DNA of 59,727 nucleotides from Octopus sinensis (taxonomy: Eukaryota). Each line of letters opens with the position of its first letter. The first letter of the stretch is position 1. The notes below the pieces were generated by a model, which saw nothing but the letters and a program-made list of their open reading frames with translations, had not been told where the DNA came from and did no database searches. Shown in pieces: positions 53,880-59,727 of this stretch. Position numbers and translations under genes: made by a program. The stretch spans positions 1-59,727 of the forward strand of contig NW_021832589.1 in NCBI RefSeq assembly GCF_006345805.1. Reading direction: 5' to 3'.

Positions 53880-54270
53880 GAACAAGATCAACGCAGTTGT
53901 TTATGAAACCAAATTTACTGCAGTGCTCCAAGACAACATAATTGAGATGAGAAATTACATCGATTTATACGAAGGCAATTTTAAAGACCGTTAGACAAAC
54001 CACATTCTTTCAGGCACAATGAGAAAAATAAGGCCTCTAAGTTGGCCAGCTATGTATGGCATCTGAAAACCAAATACAATCAAGTGTAGAATTGTTGAGA
54101 AATCTGCGCCGTGTATAAATGGCTAAAAAGATGCAAATTATGCTTTGCTGAAAAGATCACACATTCATTTTATGTCCAAGAATTTCCCCACACTATTTAA
54201 TTCCAAATCCGAAATGTTTAACAAATGTAAGTGACCATGGACAGATTTCTTTTGTCGAACTGGAGGCCAC
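53880..54270 (+). mobile_element. PLE GIY-YIG endonuclease relic (CxxC...EK subtype)
   Basis: AVVYE...NYIDLYEGNFKDR*TNH..SFRH...KLASYVWHLK...RCKLCFAEK...LFNSKSEMFNKC. Confidence 0.8.
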
Positions 54271-54544
54271 CACCCTTTCTGGATTGAGGAGCTATCTTAC
54301 TGACTTTGGCCTCCTTTCTCAGCTACATTAATTATATATTTTTTTTATTTTCTTACTTTTTTCTTTTCCTGTCGTTCTATTTTTTTCATAAATCTTCTTC
54401 GCGGTTTTTTCTTTTCGTTTTTTTTTTCTTTCTCAACTGAACTTGAAAGGTTGCTTGCAGATAGATGGCATGTTATATAAATTTGCCGTTTTAATATATC
54501 TTGAAGCTTGAAACTATTATTAGCTCTTGTAATTGTGTATATTA

Positions 54545-54578
<34 letters not shown>

Positions 54579-54729
54579 TATATATGTATGTATGTAATCC
54601 AATGAAATTCAAGGAAAAGTTAAGGCCAATACTGCCTGGCCTCAGTACCGTCACAGAACGCAAAGAACCGTAACAGATACCATAAGGAATTCTGATGTTC
54701 TATCGATTTTATTAATTCTCCATCTTGGA

Positions 54730-54875
54730 CTGACATTTCATTTGATTGGCACCGGAAAGATAAAAAGGGAAGTGGATACCTCGGTGTGGTATGAATTCAG
54801 AACGTAATGAGTCTGAACAAATAGCGCAAAGATTTTATCCAGCGCTCCAATGACTCGTCCAACACGTCTCCTTAA
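54730..54875 (-). mobile_element. Decayed SINE family B
   Basis: CCTCGGTG..TGAATTCAGAACGTAA..ATCCAGCGCTCCAATGACTC. Confidence 0.55.
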
Positions 54876-54993
54876 CTGTCAGGAATCGGATCTATCCGTT
54901 TAGATTTCGATGTCACATTATATCTAAGCCCCATCGTGTTTTTGACTTCATAAGGATACTATTCTAGAGAAACTTAAAGTCGTTGCATTAAGT

Positions 54994-55140
54994 CAGTGGT
55001 TGGTAAACTGCAACCCGCAGGATTTTCTGGATAGCATGCCTAACGAAAAATTACCTTGATTTCTTTTTTAATTGTGCGGCCCACCTGATAATGAGCCATG
55101 TCTCATGCGGCACGCTTCTCGAAAAAGTTTGCACATATTT
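54994..55140. mobile_element. Possible hAT (Charlie-like) MITE relic
   Basis: CAGTGGTTGGTAAACTGCAACCCGC...TGCGGCCC...AAAAAGTTTGCACA. Confidence 0.45.
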
Positions 55141-56236
55141 ACATTAAGTGTAGAGTTGAATAGGGTCTCTAGAAGAGTCCCTAGAAGAATGTGGTGCAGA
55201 GTGAAAAACGTTTATTTCTTGGTCAGACTTGTTCATTTTCACAAATGGTTAAGCTGTTTCTATGGCAGAATTTTGTCTGAACATTGATTGTTTTGTTGGT
55301 TGGATCTTTGCCTTCTTCAGACACTCTTTAGACAACCGATTCCACGTTTCAAATGTTCAAAAAAAAAACTATTCTATGTTTTCTTCAAACCTTTCTTTTT
55401 ATTCCTTAATCTTAGAATTTTGCAGTCTATTGGTTTTTGTTTTGTTGCTTCTAATTTTTCCATAAATCTCTGCTGCTTCGCTTTGTTAGATCAGAATGAA
55501 TATAATATTTTTTTTCTTTTGATTACCAACAAAATTGCAGAAAGTAACTAAGTTTGTACACGAAATAAATGGAAAAAAAAAAGGAATAAAACTTTGAAAT
55601 TAATTGGTCAACTAATTAGTCCAGGCTACAGAATCATTAATTACAAATGTCGCTTTAGACAAACAGAAGGATCAACAAAACCAAGTTTATCCCCCCCCAC
55701 ACACACACACCGAAGAAAACTTCTCAATTATTAATGAACCGAAATCGGTAATTCCTTTATCGCTGTATTGAACTCACCTACTCCAGCGTCTAGTTAAGAA
55801 ATAGTCTGATCGACACAGGTGAAAGATATGAAACAAATATGATTGATTTCAATGACTCTTATGACTCGTCACTGATAAGTTGTTGAGTGAAACCTCAAGT
55901 TTTTATATTGTTTGTTTTATCAAAGAAAAACTTGGCGGTTAAACATATTCTTTAATTCTTATCGAATTTCTTTCAAGCTTTTCATTTTTTTTTTTTCTGG
56001 TTGCATGGAAACTAATTGTAGTGACTTGCAGGTGCGGGTTGCCATAATCAATCAGTAGATGCCCCCTACTCCAGGCAGTATCGATTTTACACTCTCGTTC
56101 TCCGGTTGACCCGCGGTTCTAGATTATCGCACAAATCCAATCGCTAAGTAAGCAACTGAATACAAGTCGTAGGAAATATTGTTATCATCATCCTTATTAT
56201 TGTTGTTGTTGTTATTGCTGTTTTTGTTATTATTAT

Positions 56237-56432
56237 TAAGGCGGCGTTCTGGCAGAATCGTTAACACACCGGGCGAAATGCTACGTTCTGAGTTCAAATT
56301 CCGCCGAGGTCGACTTTGCCTTTCATCCTTTCGGGGGTCAGTGAAATAACTACCACTTGTGTACTAGGGTCGGTGTGATCGACTAGCCCTATCCCCTCAA
56401 ATTCCAAGCATTGTGCTTATAGTAGTAAGGGA

Positions 56433-56471
<39 letters not shown>

Positions 56472-56780
56472 GGCGATGAGCTGGCAGAATCGTTAGCACG
56501 CTGGACGAAATGCTTAGCGCTATTTCGCCTGTTGCTATGTTCTGAGTTCAGTTTCCGCCAAGGTTGACTTAGCCATTCATCCTTTCGGGGACGATAAACT
56601 AGGCTCCAGTTACGTACTGGGGTCAATGTAATCGACTGAGCCCTCCACCCAAATTTCAGGCCTTGTGCCTACAGTAGAGAAGATTATTATCATCATTATT
56701 CCGCCGAGGTCGACTTTGCCTTTCATCTTTTCGGGGTCGATTAAATAAGTACCAGTTGCGCACTGGGTCGATGTAATCGT
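56237..56780 (+). mobile_element. Three tandem SINE B copies separated by (ATT)n
   Basis: 56237-56425, 56470-56680 and 5'-truncated 56698-56780. Confidence 0.9.
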
Positions 56781-56858
56781 CTTAATCGTCTTTTGCCCAT
56801 TGTGGTAATCGTCTTTTAATCGTCTTTTACCCATTGTGGTAAAAGTTTGAAATCATCA

Positions 56859-56909
<51 letters not shown>

Positions 56910-56912
<3 letters not shown>

Positions 56913-57113
56913 TATGTTTGACTTTTGCTCAAGAGACAACAGGGTTGGAAGTTCATGTTGTTGTTATGCCTAGTGTGCCATATATTTGGGGGGTGGGGAT
57001 GTACTAATGAATGTCTAAAAAAAAAAAGGGGGGGGTTTCTTCTTTTTTGTTTCCTTTTTTCTTTCCCTTTAAACCGAAAATTATGTTTGTTTTAAACCTT
57101 GAGATTACATAGA

Positions 57114-57115
<2 letters not shown>
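56910..57115 (-). mobile_element. Short 3'-end copy of an R4/Dong-like element
   Basis: Similar to 57170-57370 (CTTTTGCT, GAAGTTCA.GTTG..GTTATGCCT, TTGAGATTACATA); (TAA)n on both sides. Confidence 0.7.
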
Positions 57116-57169
<54 letters not shown>

Positions 57170-57171
<2 letters not shown>

Positions 57172-58543
57172 GCTTATCTTTTGCTTTGTATTTGTACAAG
57201 TTGACTCCAAATCTCACCCAGGGACCTCAACAGAGAACAAGTTAGAAGTTCAAGTTGGCGTTATGCCTGGGGTGTCATATATTTGGTTTTGCACATAGTA
57301 TTGTTCTTGACAATGTTTAAGAAAGCATAAGAAAATTATAAGTTTGATTTAAAATTTGAGATTACATACAGTATTTTACGCAGGATATGGGCAGTTCCCA
57401 TGAGCACTATCTTTTGAATTTCTGCGTTTTTGAGTGTCCTGGTATCTGAGCTAGGTAGGAATCAGCCCCTTTTGCTATCATTCCTAAGGCACCTATGACA
57501 ATCGGTATTGTTTAAGTCTTCAGGTTCCACATTTCTATTTCAAGATCTTTATATTTGCTCAGTTTTTGGTAGGTCTTGACAGATACGTTTATATCAATTG
57601 GGACAGTCATATCAATGAGGAGGCATGGTTTTTGTCTGAAGTCTTTCAATATGATGTTTGGCCTATTTGCATCTATCTTTCTGTCAGTTTGAATGGTGAA
57701 GTGTAGCTCCATCATGCCTGTTGGGATACTCTGTAGGCGCAAGAAGACTGCACTTGGAGACAACATGATCAATGGTTTCATCTTGTTTACATACACGACA
57801 TGTTGGGCAGCTGCCATTTTTTAATATGTTGACCTGGTAGCACCTTGTAGGTAGACATTGATCTTGGGCTGCTATCATCAACCCTTTGGTTCTGATTCCA
57901 AGCCAGAAGCCACTAACCATTGATGGGTAAGGGCTTTGTCAACATCGGCATTATTAGCTCTCTTTGGGTATTTGCCATTGAGGGGTTTTCTTACCATTTA
58001 TCAGTAAGAAGATCTAAGGTAGCAGTTTTAGCACGGGTTTTCATACGCTTAGCTTTTTCTGTGCTTGTTTCCAATATGTCTATTTCTGAAGTTTGTTGTA
58101 TTTGGAATTCATTTAGATATTCCTTTACCTGTTTTGTTACTGAATATGATTTCTTGTTTTCAAACAAGTTTTAACATCCGGTCATTAGCGTTTTTCATGT
58201 AGGTGTTTAGGCCAAATGTGGCAATCTTCATTATTAATTCCACGGCCACCCTCTTTTCTTGGCAAGTAGAGTCGTTCTATATCTGCCTTAAGGTGGAGCA
58301 TTCTATGCATTGTCAACAGTTTTCGTATTTTTCTGTCAAGATTACATATTTCAGTAATTGACCACTTAATGATATTGAAACTGTAAGTCAAGACCGGTAT
58401 GGCTAAAGTATTGATCGCTTCGATCCTGATTTTTGCATTCAACTCTGTCTTGAGTATTGCCCTTACCCTGCGATAACAACCTCTTCTGATACTTTCCCTC
58501 ATCACTGAATGCTTGATTCCGTCCCCTTCAAATACCCCGTAGG
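57170..58543 (-). mobile_element. R4/Dong-clade RLE non-LTR retrotransposon, 5'-truncated, in (TAA)n
   Basis: RLYLPRKEGGRG, AAQDQ, CRVC..ETIDHVVSKC knuckle, RHD, NRPNII...IDMTVP..KLSKYKDL (PD..D nuclease, D>N), IVIGALG, TAHILRKIL. Confidence 0.92.
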
Positions 58544-58662
58544 TATTATTATTATTATTATTTCTACTGTAGGCACAAGCCCATGAACATTTTGTGGGGA
58601 AGGGGAGCTAGTCGATTCTGCAGCTCGCCGCCTTAATAATGATAATAATAATTTCTATTATA

Positions 58663-59250
58663 AATACAAGCCCTGACTTTTTTTTTTGGGGGGGGGGTAG
58701 TCGATTACAGATCGTCGCCGACTTACGACCGCAAATGGTTCCGACTGAATGGTCGTATGTCGGCCTACATACCTTTGTTTTATATTTTTACATTCTTAAA
58801 GTACATTCTCAGGTAAATGTCACACACAGCATTCTGTATCATAGTATTATAATGGCGTTAGTCAAAGATTTCGGAGTCTCAAGTAGTCGTCTTCTAAACA
58901 AATGAAGTCTTATAAACGAGGTTTCCTCGATTTCTCGCGACAGAATGGTCATCCAACACAGTGGTGATCGATAACCAAACTTAGGGGAAGCGTTTGTTAT
59001 CTGACATCATCCATAGACGGGTTAATTAGTAAGAAATTAAACCCATTAGATTTCAACTGGACTATTTATTATTGCTGCCGGGAGTTGGCGCTCTAATCTT
59101 CGTAAAGTCGATCGGTCGTAAGTCGGATAGGTCATAAGTCAGATAGGTCGTAAGTCGACGACGACCTGTATATCGAACCTAGTGTTTCAATGGTACTCAA
59201 TTTATCGATCCTGAAAGGATGTAAGGCAAAGTCGACCTCGGCGACTTTGA
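58663..59250 (-). mobile_element. SINE family B split by a MITE insertion
   Basis: GGTAGTCGATTA on the left continues as TATCGAACCTAG...TTTATCGATCCTGAAAGGATG on the right. Confidence 0.75.
58708..59168. mobile_element. pogo/Tigger-type MITE with 23-bp TIRs and TA target duplication
   Basis: TA|CAGATCGTCGCCGACTTACGACC ... GGTCGTAAGTCGACGACGACCTG|TA; subterminal GGTCGTAAGTC repeats. Confidence 0.85.
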
Positions 59251-59727
59251 TGGAGTACTCTCGTTTTGTTGATAGCTTTACGGAACAGTAAACAATCTGT
59301 TTGTCTGTCAAATACATGGTTCACGTCTACATGGCCTAATCGTTAGGAAATAGCAGCTAAAAATGCTTCAGATTACTCCTTACCGCTTTAAAAATGAACG
59401 ACACATTAGTTTAATGTACTCCTCGATATACATAAGACTGGAAGATCATAGTTTTTCTTCCACACCCACTTTATCTCCCTCACTAACTTTCACAATATGC
59501 CTCCTTCCACTCTCACCATCTTTGTCTCATCTAATCGCTCTTCTCTTTCACATCGTCCTCATTTTACTCCCTCTCACCTTCCGCTCACTCTTTTCTCTCT
59601 CTCTCTCTCTCTCTCTCCCCCTCTCTCTCTCCCCTCACTTTCGCTTCTCTTCGCTCACTGTCACCACTTTTCTTTCTCGAAGTTCGTCAGATAATATTAA
59701 GCCCCGCCTACTCATTTAATCAATCTC

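Overview
Repeat-dominated, gene-desert or intronic eukaryotic DNA. The SINE families and the extreme (TA)n/(CA)n/(TAA)n load suggest an octopus genome (inference). No host protein-coding exon can be supported; most ORF-track entries are translated microsatellites or decayed transposon genes. Recognisable content: a Neptune-type Penelope-like element (PLE) remnant, further PLE GIY-YIG relics, a CR1-clade LINE (APE+RT), an RTE LINE, an R4/Dong-like RLE retrotransposon in (TAA)n, two Helitrons, a mariner relic, a pogo/Tigger-type MITE, and many copies of three tRNA-derived SINE families. Most notable: (1) about nine loci, mostly embedded in (TA)n, carry hammerhead-ribozyme (HHR) cores. They have palindromic stem III and recurrent non-canonical core variants, and several sit in fold-back structures whose inversion point lies at or just 5' of the ribozyme. 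(2) An elongator tRNA-Met(CAT) gene has a 20-nt canonical intron. (3) A SINE and the CR1 LINE share a 3' tail with a compensated stem-loop. All folds and alignments were done by eye; boundaries of decayed repeats are approximate.
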